From Gemmatimonadota bacterium (GTDB taxonomy: Bacteria > Gemmatimonadota > Gemmatimonadetes > Palauibacterales > KS3-K002), in contig JBDHHL010000008.1 in assembly GCA_039589375.1 (NCBI GenBank), positions 1 to 43,394 on the forward strand: a DNA stretch of 43,394 bases, read 5' to 3'. How positions within the stretch are numbered: position 1 is the stretch's first letter; each line of letters opens with the position of its first letter. The notes beneath the pieces were generated by a model that ran no database searches, was not told the origin of the DNA, and saw nothing but the letters and a program-made list of their open reading frames with translations. The position numbers were made by a program, and so were the translations under genes. Below are positions 10,519 to 21,220 of the stretch, one piece after another.

Positions 10519-11168
10519 CGTGTGAACACCTCGACGCCCGGTGGTGGGGAGAAGCGGAAGAGATCGTCCGACAGATCGATGCCCGCCCGCACGTTCTGAA
10601 GCGTAATGGTCCGGATGGTCTCGTTCTCTTCGTATACTTCAAACTTTCGTACCAGAAAATCCGCTGCGTCCACCCAGACACGGACCAGGGTGTAGGGGGC
10701 ATCGAACTTCGGGACAAGCGAGAGGAGGTGGGCCGAGCGGTCGCCGACTTTGTCCAACTCCACGTAGGTGGCCACGTAACGCTCCGTCGGGTTCACGAGG
10801 AACTGTCCACCCAAAGTGGCGCTCTCGGTCGTGTGGATCGCGGTTCGCACGACCTGGTCGGGCTGCGCGCTCGGATAGTACATCCAGAAGTACTCACCGT
10901 CGGCGACCACCAGATCGCCTTCTGGCTGCTCGAATTTCATCAGGAAATAGTTCGGCTTCTTCTGGAAGACGACCCCACGTCCTTCCTTCTCCCGCTCCAA
11001 CGCCCGGATCTCGATCTTCTGTATGAAGTCGGAGCGTAACGTGTTCACGTGCTGATAGGCGTCCGCCGCTTTCGCGAGGACGTCCTCAGCCTTTTCATCG
11101 TCCTGGTACGCGTGCGTTCCCAGCACCGCCACCAAACAAACAAGCAGGATCCGTAGTTCGCTCATCAT
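10515..11168 (-). CDS. lolA: LolA-like outer-membrane lipoprotein carrier protein
   Basis: Signal peptide MMSELRILLVCLVAVLGTHA. LolA-family blocks LRSDFIQKIE...GRGVVFQKKPNYFLMKFEQPEGDLVVADGEYFWMYYP. The start is ambiguous (GTG 11171, ATG 11168 or ATG 11165). Confidence 0.72.
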   Translation of the reverse strand: MMSELRILLVCLVAVLGTHAYQDDEKAEDVLAKAADAYQHVNTLRSDFIQKIEIRALEREKEGRGVVFQKKPNYFLMKFEQPEGDLVVADGEYFWMYYPSAQPDQVVRTAIHTTESATLGGQFLVNPTERYVATYVELDKVGDRSAHLLSLVPKFDAPYTLVRVWVDAADFLVRKFEVYEENETIRTITLQNVRAGIDLSDDLFRFSPPPGVEVFTR

Positions 11169-11170
11169 CA

Positions 11171-13525
11171 CTAACCGACCCGATCTCTCCCGTTTCTGAC
11201 TGAACAGATTCTGTCTAGCTCGTGAAGTGTAATCAATACTTCTCTTGGTTTCGACCCCTCAGGCGGCCCAACGATCCCCGCATGCTCCAACTGGTCGACG
11301 ATGCGAGCGGCGCGGCCGTATCCGACCTTCAAGCGCCGCTGCAGCAGGCTGGTCGAGCCTTGCTGATGCTGGATGACTACCTCGGCCGCACGGCGGAATA
11401 GCGGATCCCGCTCCTCGGCACCCTCCCCGCCGATCTCCAGTTCCGCTTCCTCGAGCTCGCGTTGCCGGACCGACTCGATGATATCCTCCTCGGCCCTGAT
11501 CCGTTCGGCCTCTTCCTCCTCGGCGCGTGCACGATACCACTCCATCAGGCGCTCGGTGTCTTCGGTCGACACGAACGTCCCTTGAATGCGAACCGGCTCG
11601 GCCTGGCCGGGTGGCATGAACAGCATGTCGCCGTTGCCCAGTAGAGTCTCAGCCCCGTTCTGGTCGATGATCGTGCGGCTGTCGACCTTGGACGCGACTC
11701 GAAAGGCTGCGCGGCACGGGAAGTTCGCCTTGATGAGCCCAGTGATCACGTTCACCGACGGCCGCTGTGTGGCGACCACCAGGTGGATACCCGTGGCACG
11801 CGCCTTCTGTGCCAGGTAGGCCAGAGGACGTTCCACCTCCGCTTGCACGGTCATCATCAAGTCGGCCAACTCGTCAACGACCAAGACGATGTATGGGAGG
11901 ATCTCAGGTTCCTCTACTTCGCCGCCGCCATAGGAATCCGGTGCGCGGATCGTCGTAAGCCTTGCGATCCGGCTGTTGAACTCGCGCAGATTGCGACAGC
12001 CGTTCGCCGAGAGCCACTCGTAGCGCCGCTCCATCTCGTACACCAGCCACTTGAGCGCGGCCGCCGCGTCGTTGTTGTCGGTCACTACCGGGTGGCGGAG
12101 ATGGGGCAGAACGTTATAGCCGCCCAGCTCCACCATTTTGGGATCGATCAGCAGCAACCTCAACTGCTCCGGCGTGTATCGATAGATCAAGCTGGAGATG
12201 ATGGCATTGATGCAGACCGACTTCCCCGAACCTGTCACGCCGGCGATGAGGAGGTGCGGCATCTGCGCGAGGTCATACACGTCCGACCGTCCGCTGACAT
12301 CCTCGCCGAGAGCAATCGGCAGCTGGGCCCGACTGGTTCGGTACGCCCTAGAGTCTAGTATTTCGCGCAGGTAGACGACTTTCCGTTCGGGGTTAGGCAC
12401 CTCGACGCCGACAGCTCCCTTGCCGGGGATGGGCGCGATGATTCTCACCGAGGGCGCCTTGAGAGCTAGCGCCAGATCGTCGGCGAGAGCGGCGATCTTC
12501 CCAACCTTGACTCCAGAAGCCGGCACCACCTCGAACTGGGTGACCACCGGCCCGGTCGTGCGTCCGGCGATCTTCCCTTCCACCTTGAAGGTCCCAAGAG
12601 TGTCAACAAGGGTTTCGCCCAAGCGGGCCAACGCTTCTTCGCTCACGGTGTACTTCTGAGCGGGGGGCGGTGACAGGAGCTCGAGCGGTGGCAGCTGCGA
12701 GGCAGGAAGGTCGGCCACAGGTATCTGCGCGCCAGCGGACTCCGGCTTCCCGACCTTTCGCCGCCGGGGCGTCGTTGCGCCAGCGGATGCCTGCGCCACC
12801 TCGTCCGCGCCCGCCTGGATGTCCGGTCCTGATTCGAGCCGGGCAAGCAATCCGCGCGAGGGCCGCCGGCTCAATCGCTGCACCGTGCTACCGACCACTT
12901 GCGAGGCCTGCCGCCACACGCCTGAGATCCAGGCCGCCGCCGCCGATCCTGCTCCCATGGCCGCCCTGGCGCTCCCGCCGGCGGAGATGGTGCCGTCCTT
13001 GACGGCGCCGGCACCGCGGGCGATTGCCTTGAACGGCGCCATGCCCAGTGTAGCGATCACGCCCGTCACCAGAAGCACAAACAGCAGAAGCGCTGAACCC
13101 AACCAACCGATCGCCAACGCCAGCAGTCCCCCTGCCCAAGAACCGTAGCTGCCAGCCAGCCAAACGGGGCCTCCCCCCGCAGGATAGGCGAGGGCGGACG
13201 CCAGAGGCGGGACGAGGGCCAGGAGGATCGCGAAGAAGAAGGTCCAGCGCGTAGTCTCGGCACGTTCCAGTACGCCGAGGCTCCAGACTCCCCACAGGAT
13301 CGGGAACAGAGGAACGACTGCGGCGGCTACGCCGAAAGCGCCGACCAGTGTACCGGAGACCGCCGCCCCCACGGGCCCGACGACGTTACCGGAAGGAAAA
13401 AGGTCGGCGAACCCATCACCGAAGAAACCGTCCGGAACCAGGCTCAGCAGCGTGAATAAGCCGACCGCGCCAAGGCCAATGCCAATCAAGACGCGCCGCG
13501 TGCGGTCCCCCCCACCATCACCCAT
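11171..13525 (-). CDS. ftsK: DNA translocase FtsK
   Basis: 784 aa. N-terminal TM segments, linker, motor domain with Walker A GVTGSGKSVCINAII, LVVDELADLMM, ATQRPSVNVITGLIKANFPCR and a C-terminal gamma (winged-helix) domain STSLLQRRLKVGYGRAARIVDQLE. Confidence 0.96.
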   Translation of the reverse strand: MGDGGGDRTRRVLIGIGLGAVGLFTLLSLVPDGFFGDGFADLFPSGNVVGPVGAAVSGTLVGAFGVAAAVVPLFPILWGVWSLGVLERAETTRWTFFFAILLALVPPLASALAYPAGGGPVWLAGSYGSWAGGLLALAIGWLGSALLLFVLLVTGVIATLGMAPFKAIARGAGAVKDGTISAGGSARAAMGAGSAAAAWISGVWRQASQVVGSTVQRLSRRPSRGLLARLESGPDIQAGADEVAQASAGATTPRRRKVGKPESAGAQIPVADLPASQLPPLELLSPPPAQKYTVSEEALARLGETLVDTLGTFKVEGKIAGRTTGPVVTQFEVVPASGVKVGKIAALADDLALALKAPSVRIIAPIPGKGAVGVEVPNPERKVVYLREILDSRAYRTSRAQLPIALGEDVSGRSDVYDLAQMPHLLIAGVTGSGKSVCINAIISSLIYRYTPEQLRLLLIDPKMVELGGYNVLPHLRHPVVTDNNDAAAALKWLVYEMERRYEWLSANGCRNLREFNSRIARLTTIRAPDSYGGGEVEEPEILPYIVLVVDELADLMMTVQAEVERPLAYLAQKARATGIHLVVATQRPSVNVITGLIKANFPCRAAFRVASKVDSRTIIDQNGAETLLGNGDMLFMPPGQAEPVRIQGTFVSTEDTERLMEWYRARAEEEEAERIRAEEDIIESVRQRELEEAELEIGGEGAEERDPLFRRAAEVVIQHQQGSTSLLQRRLKVGYGRAARIVDQLEHAGIVGPPEGSKPREVLITLHELDRICSVRNGRDRVG

Positions 13526-13574
13526 CTCTCACCTCATCGCCACCGTCTGTCTACGTCCCGCGTTCCCAAAGCAG

Positions 13575-14325
13575 CTACGATTCGAGTCTTGTGACCTTTC
13601 GATCCAGAAAGACAGGAATCTCGGGCATCGAATCCATACGGGCGCACAATTCAATATCGTCTGCCTGGCCAATCTCTTCCAGGCCGCGACCCGCTGCCGT
13701 TGCACGCAAGAACTCGACGGTCACGGGTGCCAATTCCTGTGCGAGCGCGACGGCAGCGATCGCGCCGTCGCCGAGTTCGGTTCGCGAAGCCGGTCCCGCG
13801 TGCCCCGGCTGGCGGCCGCTGGTGCAAGCCTCGACGAGCATACCGGCACACAGGGCATCATCTACGCTTACCCTCCCGGCACGCCCAGCACACACTACGA
13901 GGGCGTCTTCCTCCGTCTCTCGCAGGCAACGAGCCACCAAGCTCAGGTTGGTGAATGCCGCAACGTACACTCTGCGGGCGGCGGCCATGGATGCGAGAAC
14001 CCGAGTCCCGTTCGTGGTCGACATGACGATCGTGCGGCCGTCGACAACGTCCGGCGCGTACTCGGCCGGGGAATTGCCCAAATCGAAAGCCTTCGATGCG
14101 GATGCCGCCGCGTTCACCGGACAGTAGCACTTCGCCGCGGCCGAGCGAGTTCGCAAGTCGCATCGCCTCCTCTGTGGAGGCTGCCGGGACCACAGAACGG
14201 GCGCCGTGGTAAATTGCGGTTATTATGCTCGTGGCCGCGCGCAACACGTCGATGAGAACAGCAGTGCGGTCCTGAACCGCAACATGCTCCAACTCATGCG
14301 GAGTCCAGAGCACGTCTATCTTCAT
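13575..14325 (-). pseudogene. comB: 2-phosphosulfolactate phosphatase (ComB family), interrupted by a +1 frameshift
   Basis: Track ORFs 13858..14325 (MKIDVLWTP...LIDVLRAATSI...GERGGIRIEGF) and 13575..14156 (...FDLGNSPAEY...MSTTNGTRVL...VCAGRAGRVSVDDALCAG) are the N- and C-halves of one ComB. The frames switch at the AAA run 14086-14088. Removing one base gives ...IEGFDLGNSP..., a protein of about 249 aa. Confidence 0.75.
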
Positions 14326-15683
14326 CAGGCCTCCGCGAGCCGTCCCGACGGCACAAAGCTCTCCAAGAAACTGGTATCGAAATCGCCCGCGCGGAAATCC
14401 GGATGGTCCAGCACTTCGTGCAAGAATGGAATGGTCGTCTTCACACCTTCGATGATGAACATCTCGAGCGCGAGCCGAGCACGCGCGATGGCTTCATCGC
14501 GCTTCGGTGCTCGGACAATCAGCTTGGCGATCAGCGAGTCGTAGTAAGGCGGTATCGTGTAGCCGGAGTAGACGTGCGTGTCTACCCGTATGCCGAATCC
14601 ACCCGGCGGATGGAAAGTCGTGATCGTTCCCGGATTCGGCCTGAAATCGTTCGCTGGGTCCTCGGCGTTGATCCGGCATTCGATGGCGTGACCGCGCAAT
14701 TCCACGCCATCGGGAATCGACAGATGTTCCCCGGCGGCAACCCTCAACTGTTCCTTGAGCAAGTCGTAGCCGGTGACCTCTTCGGTGACCGGATGCTCCA
14801 CCTGGATCCGTGTGTTCATCTCGAGGAAGTAGAAATTCAGGTCGCGATCTAGAAGGAACTCGACCGTTCCGGCGCCCACGTAGCCGATGGCCTCCACGCC
14901 GAGGATCGCGGCCGCTCCCATCTCACGTCGCAGCTTGGCATCGAGAGCCGGGCTCGGCGATTCCTCGATCAGCTTCTGGTGGCGACGCTGGATCGAGCAA
15001 TCACGTTCTCCCAAGTGCACCGCTCGGTTGTAGCGGTCGCCGAGCACCTGGATCTCCACGTGGCGCGAGCCTTCAACGAGCTTCTCGACGTAGAGGTCGC
15101 CGTTTCCGAAGGCCGCTTCCGCTTCGGTTGCAGCCATCACGAACAGGCCATCGAACTCCTCCGCGCTGCGGGCGATGCGCATACCCTTGCCACCGCCGCC
15201 GGCAGAGGCCTTGATCATGACAGGGAACCCAATCTCCTCTGCCATCTTTCTCGCCAAGCGCGGGTCCGTGAGCGCCTCCTCGGTTCCCGGAACCACTGGA
15301 ACGCCAGCCTCGATCATCGTGCGGCGCGCGGCGACTTTGTCGCCCATCCGCCTGATCTGTTCCGAAGTCGGCCCGACGAAGACGATGTCCGAGCGCTCGC
15401 AGATCTCGGCGAATTCCGCGTTCTCGGCAAGAAAGCCGTAGCCAGGATGAATCGCGTCGGCACCGGTGATCTCAGCCGCCGCGATTATGCGCGGTATGTT
15501 GAGGTAGCTGTCCGGCGGCCGAGGAGGGCCGATGCAGATGTCCTCGTCGGCGAAGCGCACATGCAGCGACTCGCGGTCCGCTTCAGAGTGTACCGCCACC
15601 GTCGGCACACCCAACTCGTGGCATGCCCGAATGACGCGGAGCGCGATCTCTCCGCGATTCGCGATCAGGACTTTCTGGAACAA
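14325..15683 (-). CDS. accC: acetyl-CoA carboxylase, biotin carboxylase subunit
   Basis: 452 aa. [24 protein letters not shown]-grasp motifs (GGGGKGMR), [17 protein letters not shown] start preceded by AAGGA. Confidence 0.97.
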   Translation of the reverse strand: MFQKVLIANRGEIALRVIRACHELGVPTVAVHSEADRESLHVRFADEDICIGPPRPPDSYLNIPRIIAAAEITGADAIHPGYGFLAENAEFAEICERSDIVFVGPTSEQIRRMGDKVAARRTMIEAGVPVVPGTEEALTDPRLARKMAEEIGFPVMIKASAGGGGKGMRIARSAEEFDGLFVMAATEAEAAFGNGDLYVEKLVEGSRHVEIQVLGDRYNRAVHLGERDCSIQRRHQKLIEESPSPALDAKLRREMGAAAILGVEAIGYVGAGTVEFLLDRDLNFYFLEMNTRIQVEHPVTEEVTGYDLLKEQLRVAAGEHLSIPDGVELRGHAIECRINAEDPANDFRPNPGTITTFHPPGGFGIRVDTHVYSGYTIPPYYDSLIAKLIVRAPKRDEAIARARLALEMFIIEGVKTTIPFLHEVLDHPDFRAGDFDTSFLESFVPSGRLAEA

Positions 15684-15733
15684 GGTCGATTCCTTGCTGG
15701 AGCTTTCGAGCGGCGCTGAGCTACAACCGAGTA

Positions 15734-16249
15734 TCAGTCGGGCGAGATGCGGAAAAGGACCTGACCGTACTCGACGGGCTCGGCGTTCTCAACAGCGATC
15801 TCGCTTATGACGCCGCTCACCTCTGCCTCCAACTCGTTCATCAGCTTCATCGCCTCGAGAATGCAGAGGGTCTGCCCGACCTTCACGCGATCTCCGACTT
15901 CGACGAATGGATCCGCGTCCGGCGCTGGCGCGCGATAGAACGTGCCGACCATCGGCGATGTTACCTCCGTCAGCCGCGAAGTCTCGGCCTCGGCGGCCGC
16001 CGACTCCGTCTGGGCCGGTGGAGCAGCGGCCTGGCTCTCCGTCACCGGCGAGCCGGCGGACGCGCTGGAACCCACCTGCGACTGCATGGAAAGCGGCGCC
16101 GTGCCGATCGCATTCCCGGAGATACCACCCAAAACGGAGGGACTCTTCGAGATGCGGATCTTCGTAGCCCAACGCGAGATCTCCAACGTATCGATGTCGC
16201 TGTTCTCGACGGTCTCGATAAGCTGCTTCAAATAAGCCAGATCGATCAT
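15734..16249 (-). CDS. accB: acetyl-CoA carboxylase biotin carboxyl carrier protein
   Basis: 171 aa. Ala/Pro/Ser-rich linker and a biotinyl domain with the EAMKLMNE motif. ATGA overlap with the efp stop. Confidence 0.95.
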   Translation of the reverse strand: MIDLAYLKQLIETVENSDIDTLEISRWATKIRISKSPSVLGGISGNAIGTAPLSMQSQVGSSASAGSPVTESQAAAPPAQTESAAAEAETSRLTEVTSPMVGTFYRAPAPDADPFVEVGDRVKVGQTLCILEAMKLMNELEAEVSGVISEIAVENAEPVEYGQVLFRISPD

Positions 16250-16812
16250 GAGCTCACCCGCTCCAAGTACTTGTTCTCCCGCCGATCAACTTTCAGCACG
16301 TCACCGATCTCGATGAATAGCGGCACCTGCACGACGGCACCGGTCTCGAGTTTCGCGGGTTTCGTTCCGCCCTGCGCCGTATCTCCCCGCACGCCCGGCT
16401 CTGTCTCTACAACCTCGAGCTGGACAAAGAACGGAAGCTCTACTGAAAGGGCCTCACCTTCCCGGGTAAGGGCCTCGCAGACCATGTTCTCCTTCAAGTA
16501 GACGAGCTGGTCCTCGCCGATCGTGTCGGCAGGCAAGGGAATCTGCTCGAATGTCTGCTCGTCCATGAAGTAGTAGAACTGCCCATCCGTGTAGCTGTAT
16601 TGCACGGGCCGCCGCACGAGGCGAACCTCCTCCACCTTTTCGCCGGCACGGAAGGTTTGTTCCGTTACAGCGCCGCTGAGTACGTTCTTGAGCTTGGTGC
16701 GGACGAAAGCGCCGCCCTTGCCAGGCTTGACATGCTGGAAATAGGTGATCGTGAAGAGTCCACCGTCAAGCTCTATGACCATGCCGTTTCTGAAATCTGC
16801 TGTCGTCGCCAT
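16246..16812 (-). CDS. efp: elongation factor P
   Basis: 188 aa. [44 protein letters not shown] immediately upstream of the ATG. Confidence 0.97.
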   Translation of the reverse strand: MATTADFRNGMVIELDGGLFTITYFQHVKPGKGGAFVRTKLKNVLSGAVTEQTFRAGEKVEEVRLVRRPVQYSYTDGQFYYFMDEQTFEQIPLPADTIGEDQLVYLKENMVCEALTREGEALSVELPFFVQLEVVETEPGVRGDTAQGGTKPAKLETGAVVQVPLFIEIGDVLKVDRRENKYLERVSS

Positions 16813-16860
16813 CTTCCTCGGTTGATTCTCGATTACCTGCAGTTGTCCGGAAAATAGAAT

Positions 16861-17964
16861 CTACGAAGGCAGGGACAGGAGCCGGTCCCTTTCCAGATCG
16901 ACCAACGCTCGCGGCTGCCCGTTCGTTATCACCACGTCGTCCTCGACCCGGATCCCGCCCCAGCCTGGAAAGTAGAGACCAGGCTCCACAGTAACAACCA
17001 TGCTCTCCGCGAGGCTTTCCTCGCTGGTCCTGCCCAGGCGCGGACTCTCGTGCACGTCGAGGCCTACGCCGTGCCCGGTCCCATGGGGGAATCTAGCCTC
17101 GATGCCCTCGCGCTCGAACACCCGGCGTGTGGCCGCATCCACGTCGGCGCCGCTCGCGCCCCCCGTCAGAGCGCCGCAAGCCGCCCGCTGAGCTTCGAGG
17201 ACCAGCCCGTATCTGTCTCGTTGGAGGTCCGATGACTCTCCTACCACGAATGTGCGTGTTAGGTCGGAACAGTAGCCACTCCAGCGGGCCCCGAAGTCGC
17301 AAAGCAGCAGTTCGCCTCTCTCCAGTCTCCTCGTACCCGTCGCGGCGTGAGGCAGCGCGGTTCGGGCACCACTCGCTACAATCGTATCAAAAGCCGGGCG
17401 CTCCGCACCCAAGTGGACCATGCGATAATCGAGTTCGGCCGCGATGTCAGTTTCACGCACGCCCGGTTTCACTAGTGGCAGGGTAGCTCGTAAGGCCTCG
17501 GCCGCGATCGCGGCGGCCTTCTCCATTGCGGCGATCTCGTTCGCGTCCTTCACCGCCCGCAGCTTCTCGACCACGCCAGAGATCGATTTCCACTCCAGCG
17601 AGTCCGCCTCCTCGGCGATGCGCTGCCACTGATCGTAGGCGAGATGCTGGCCCTCGAACCCAAACGTGGCACCGGCGACGCCCTGGCCAGCCCGTTCGGC
17701 TAGAGCCGCCAGGACTCCTTCCCGAGCCACAAGCAATTCGAACCCCACATCGTCGGCCAGTTCTTCGTGGGCCTGCTGCTCGTAGCGTCCGTCGGTCGCA
17801 AAGACGACCTGCTCCGGGCCGAGCAGCAGGAAGCCACTGGAACCGCTGAATCCCGTGAGATAGCGCACGTTCGAGAGACTGCTGACCAACAGCCCGTCCA
17901 GGCCCAGTTCCGTCACGCCGGCACGAACGCGCTCGATCCTGTGGGCCGCTGTACTCGTGCTCAT
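16861..17964 (-). CDS. M24 family Xaa-Pro aminopeptidase/dipeptidase
   Basis: 367 aa. Creatinase-like N domain plus pita-bread metal ligands ([36 protein letters not shown]...GGIRVED). Confidence 0.9.
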   Translation of the reverse strand: MSTSTAAHRIERVRAGVTELGLDGLLVSSLSNVRYLTGFSGSSGFLLLGPEQVVFATDGRYEQQAHEELADDVGFELLVAREGVLAALAERAGQGVAGATFGFEGQHLAYDQWQRIAEEADSLEWKSISGVVEKLRAVKDANEIAAMEKAAAIAAEALRATLPLVKPGVRETDIAAELDYRMVHLGAERPAFDTIVASGARTALPHAATGTRRLERGELLLCDFGARWSGYCSDLTRTFVVGESSDLQRDRYGLVLEAQRAACGALTGGASGADVDAATRRVFEREGIEARFPHGTGHGVGLDVHESPRLGRTSEESLAESMVVTVEPGLYFPGWGGIRVEDDVVITNGQPRALVDLERDRLLSLPS

Positions 17965-18419
17965 CGGCGACGAAGGTACGCGACGATCCCTTCCAATGCG
18001 AGCACGTAGCTGTCTGCCGCGAACCCTACGACGAGCCCGACGGCAAGGTCAGATAGGTAGGAATGATGGCGAAAAGGCTCCCGGGCGAAGACGTTGCTGA
18101 GATGCACCTCCACGAACGGCTGGCCCGTGGCCTTGAGCGCATCCCGGATGGCGACGCTGGTGTGAGTGTAACCCGCGGCATTGACCAGCAAGCCGTCGAA
18201 ACTCGACTCGGCCTGTTGAATCCAGTCGACGAGTTCGCCTTCCAGGTTGGATTGGAAGAAGGTGACTGCGACGCCAAGCTCCCCCGCCCGCTCGGAGACC
18301 CGGCGATTGATGCTCTCCAAGTCTTCGTGGCCGTAGGTCTCCGGCTCGCGACGCCCCAGGAGGTTCAGATTGGGGCCGTGCAGAACGCCGAGTGTCAGCG
18401 CTTGAGGCTTCTCAGCCAC
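17961..18419 (-). CDS. aroQ: type II 3-dehydroquinate dehydratase
   Basis: 152 aa. [48 protein letters not shown] start. Overlaps the 3' end of the upstream gene by 25 nt. Confidence 0.94.
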   Translation of the reverse strand: MAEKPQALTLGVLHGPNLNLLGRREPETYGHEDLESINRRVSERAGELGVAVTFFQSNLEGELVDWIQQAESSFDGLLVNAAGYTHTSVAIRDALKATGQPFVEVHLSNVFAREPFRHHSYLSDLAVGLVVGFAADSYVLALEGIVAYLRRR

Positions 18420-21010
18420 TCCTGGAATTGTTCGAGGTCCTCGGTGCCGGAAGGCTCGGGAGCCGCCTGAGGCTGGCTCGCTTCCACCGGAACAGCTGGA
18501 TTCTGATTCTTCGACAGCGACTCCGCGTCGAAAGTCAGCAGGTCGGCCAGATAACCTTCCATCGTTGGCGACTCGACTTCCTCCCCCGTACCTGCCTCGG
18601 CAATCGGAATGTGAGCCCCGACGTCTGCTATGCCGTCATCGCCCAAGGGCTGCAATGCTACTTCCTCGTCGGCAACTTCTGTCGCCTCCATACCGGTAAG
18701 CTCCCAGATGCTGTCCACGGCTTTGATCTCTGCCATTGCGGCCTGGGCCTCCACCTCCTCGGTCGCCTCCGCCGCGACGATTACGTCCGCAATTGCTTCA
18801 TCCAGGACCTCGTCCGCGACTTCCTCGGCCACTACATCGGCCGCGACTTCCTCACCCACTACATCGACCGCGACTTCCTCACCCACTACATCGACCGTGA
18901 CTTCCTCAGCCACTACATCGACCGTGACTTCCTCGGCCACTACATCGACCGTGACTTCCTCAGCCACTACATCGACCGCGACTTCCTCAGGTGCCGGCTC
19001 GGGCGCGACGGGATCGACCGCAACAGGCTCAGCCTCGATAACCTCTATCGGCACCGGCTCGCCTTCGATGATAGCCTCCAATTCATCGACAGCCGCAGGC
19101 TCGAAAACCCACTCGACATCCGCCACCAGCTCAGCCTGCGGCTCGGGCTCGGGCATCTCTTCGAGACCGAGCTCGGCTTCCATCTCGGTCTCGTCCAACT
19201 CCACCTCCACTTCCTCGAGCGGCTCCACCAAGTCCGCGGCGGGTTCTGGAGCTTCTTCGACCGCCGGCGGCTCTACACCCTCGCCTTTCATCGCCAGGAC
19301 CTCGAACGAGGCCGCGAAGGGATCGAGCTGTTCGAACCCCGCAACAGGAGCCTCGTCCTCGAAAGCGAACGCCTCCACGACCGGTTCGGGCTCAAGCTCC
19401 GGCTCCGGCACGGGCGCGCTCGGCGGCTCAGTCTGCACGGCCTCCGTGGTCTCCTCGGCCTCCGCTGTGGGATCCGTCAGCTTCAAGAGCCTGGCCAGTT
19501 CCTCTTCCTCAGATTCGGGCTTGGACTCGGCCTCCACGATTCGTGTCAGCTCTGAGATTCTGGCCTTGATGCTCTCGTCGTCGGGGCTCGCCTCGCCCAG
19601 TTGCTGATAGACCGCGAGCGAATCGGAGTAAAGCCCCTGCGTGGCGTACAGTTCTGCCATCGTCTCGGTCACCATGCCCCCGCCGGCACCGGCCTCTCCC
19701 GCCTCGCCGACAGCTTCATCCGCTGCGTCGTCCTCCCCGGGGATGTCGATAGTGAACTCGGCATCCAGACCCTCGAGAAGATCCTCGGGCTTCAGGTCCT
19801 CGGAAGCCTGACCCTCCAGAAGCTCGCCTACAACGAAGCCAGGCGACCAGTCGTCCATGCTCGGCAGGTCCGGGCCCTCTGCCGGGAAGGGATGGCCCCA
19901 TAGCTCGCCGTCGTCCTCAGCCGCGGCTTCGGCCTCAGTCTCAGCCGGCGCCTCCTCCGCCGACTCGGGACTCAGGTCCGGCTCCGGCTCGCCTTCCGGC
20001 GATGCGGCTTCGAATTCGGGGGGCTGCATGAAGTCCGGCATCGCCACATCGAAGTCCCATGCCGGTGGCTCGTCAGAACTCGGCTCGCTCTCGCTGACCG
20101 ACTCAGGCGTTTCCGGCTCTGCGGACAAAACGTCCAAGGAGAAGCCTCGAACCCCGTCCTCGGCGATGAAGCCCTCGATGGGCTGTGTGTCCGGCTCGTC
20201 CTGGCCAACCAGGTCGAGTATGGGCTCTTCCTCAGCAGTCTCGAAGGCAGGCTCATCGGCGGCGGTCGGGGGCAGCTCCTCCGCGGTCGCCTCAAACGCT
20301 GGCTCTTCCTCGGCCGCATGCGCCACCTCTTCCGCCATCGCTTCGACCGCCGGCTCTTCCTCGGCGGTTGGCGCGAGGATCTCCTCGGCCGCCAGCTGGA
20401 TCTCCTCCGGCTCCGGCATTGCGATGTCTGCCTCGGGTACGACCGCCTCTGCCTCCGGCGGAGCGGGCTCGGACGGACCGATGCCCTCCCCTGGAGGCAC
20501 GATATCGGGCTCGGGCTCCTCTGCTGCCGCGACCGGCTCTGCCTCCACAGCCACCGCTGCCGACTCCTCGGCCTCTGGTGCGTCGGGTTCGCCGGCTGCA
20601 GCGTCGAGCCTGCGCAGGCCCTCGCTCGCCTCTTCGCTGCGCGGGTCGACTTGCAGCATCCGCTCGTACCACACCCTGGCGTCCTCGACCAGTCCACGGC
20701 GTGCGGCGAGGTCACCCAAAGCTCTCAGCGCGATGAGGTTCTGTGGATCAAGCTCGAGCACCTTGCCGAACTGCTCCTGGGCGTCCGCGAAGCGCTCGCT
20801 GTCCAGGAACACGCGCCCGAGGACGTTGTAGGCACTGGTGTAGCTGGGGTGCGTCTTCAGGCCGTGGACGAGCAGGCCCTCTGCCTTCGAGTACTCGCCG
20901 GCCCTGCGATACGCGTCTGCCAAGTGGGCGAAAACAAGGCCCTGAGAGTTCTCCGCGTAGCGCTGCTCGAGTTGTAGAATCTCTTTCTGGAGACCGTTAT
21001 CCGGCGGCAT
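18395..21010 (-). CDS. giant acidic TPR-domain protein A (N-terminal TPRs plus about 730 aa of E/A/P/V-rich low-complexity sequence)
   Basis: 871 aa. ATG with GAGGAG 8 nt upstream. TPR-like helices at aa 20-125. An isolated TPR-like motif [31 protein letters not shown] at aa 448-478. 9-aa tandem repeats at aa 675-735. C-terminal [10 protein letters not shown]. The frame stays open through 2.6 kb. Confidence 0.8.
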   Translation of the reverse strand: MPPDNGLQKEILQLEQRYAENSQGLVFAHLADAYRRAGEYSKAEGLLVHGLKTHPSYTSAYNVLGRVFLDSERFADAQEQFGKVLELDPQNLIALRALGDLAARRGLVEDARVWYERMLQVDPRSEEASEGLRRLDAAAGEPDAPEAEESAAVAVEAEPVAAAEEPEPDIVPPGEGIGPSEPAPPEAEAVVPEADIAMPEPEEIQLAAEEILAPTAEEEPAVEAMAEEVAHAAEEEPAFEATAEELPPTAADEPAFETAEEEPILDLVGQDEPDTQPIEGFIAEDGVRGFSLDVLSAEPETPESVSESEPSSDEPPAWDFDVAMPDFMQPPEFEAASPEGEPEPDLSPESAEEAPAETEAEAAAEDDGELWGHPFPAEGPDLPSMDDWSPGFVVGELLEGQASEDLKPEDLLEGLDAEFTIDIPGEDDAADEAVGEAGEAGAGGGMVTETMAELYATQGLYSDSLAVYQQLGEASPDDESIKARISELTRIVEAESKPESEEEELARLLKLTDPTAEAEETTEAVQTEPPSAPVPEPELEPEPVVEAFAFEDEAPVAGFEQLDPFAASFEVLAMKGEGVEPPAVEEAPEPAADLVEPLEEVEVELDETEMEAELGLEEMPEPEPQAELVADVEWVFEPAAVDELEAIIEGEPVPIEVIEAEPVAVDPVAPEPAPEEVAVDVVAEEVTVDVVAEEVTVDVVAEEVTVDVVGEEVAVDVVGEEVAADVVAEEVADEVLDEAIADVIVAAEATEEVEAQAAMAEIKAVDSIWELTGMEATEVADEEVALQPLGDDGIADVGAHIPIAEAGTGEEVESPTMEGYLADLLTFDAESLSKNQNPAVPVEASQPQAAPEPSGTEDLEQFQEWLRSLKR
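18818..18990 (-). repeat. 27-bp in-frame tandem repeat, about 6.4 copies, inside TPR protein A
   Basis: Units start at 18818, 18845, 18872, 18899, 18926, 18953 and 18980 (partial). Consensus is gacttcctcRRccactacatcgRccgYg. It encodes VDVV(A/G)EEV(T/A) x6. Confidence 0.9.
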
Positions 21011-21220
21011 GACAAGAACTCCTCGAAACGGATGGGTTGTGCTTCGGGGGGCCGGGGCTGCAAATATAGCTACCGCAAAGCGTTAGTGTCAACGTCGGGA
21101 TCATCCGACGACGCCGGGGCGCTACCTGCAACCCGTCGGGCGCGGTGGCTTTTTCGCCGACCTCGGATAAATTCAACGACTCGGACAAATCGGCATACGT
21201 AGAGAGGAAGGATCGGCTGT

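Noticed and set aside
18818-18990. Regularly spaced 27-bp repeats that look superficially like a CRISPR array
   Set aside because: The units are contiguous with no spacers, in frame within a long ORF, and have no flanking cas genes. This is a coding tandem repeat.
18392-20831. Long + strand ORFs (387, 325 and 324 aa, and others) antisense to TPR protein A, plus extra minus-strand frames (247 and 126 aa) inside it
   Set aside because: Their translations are Ser/Arg/Gly/Leu-rich low complexity that mirrors the repeat composition of the real gene. Open antisense frames are expected in GC-rich, repeat-rich DNA. They have no RBS and no recognisable domains.
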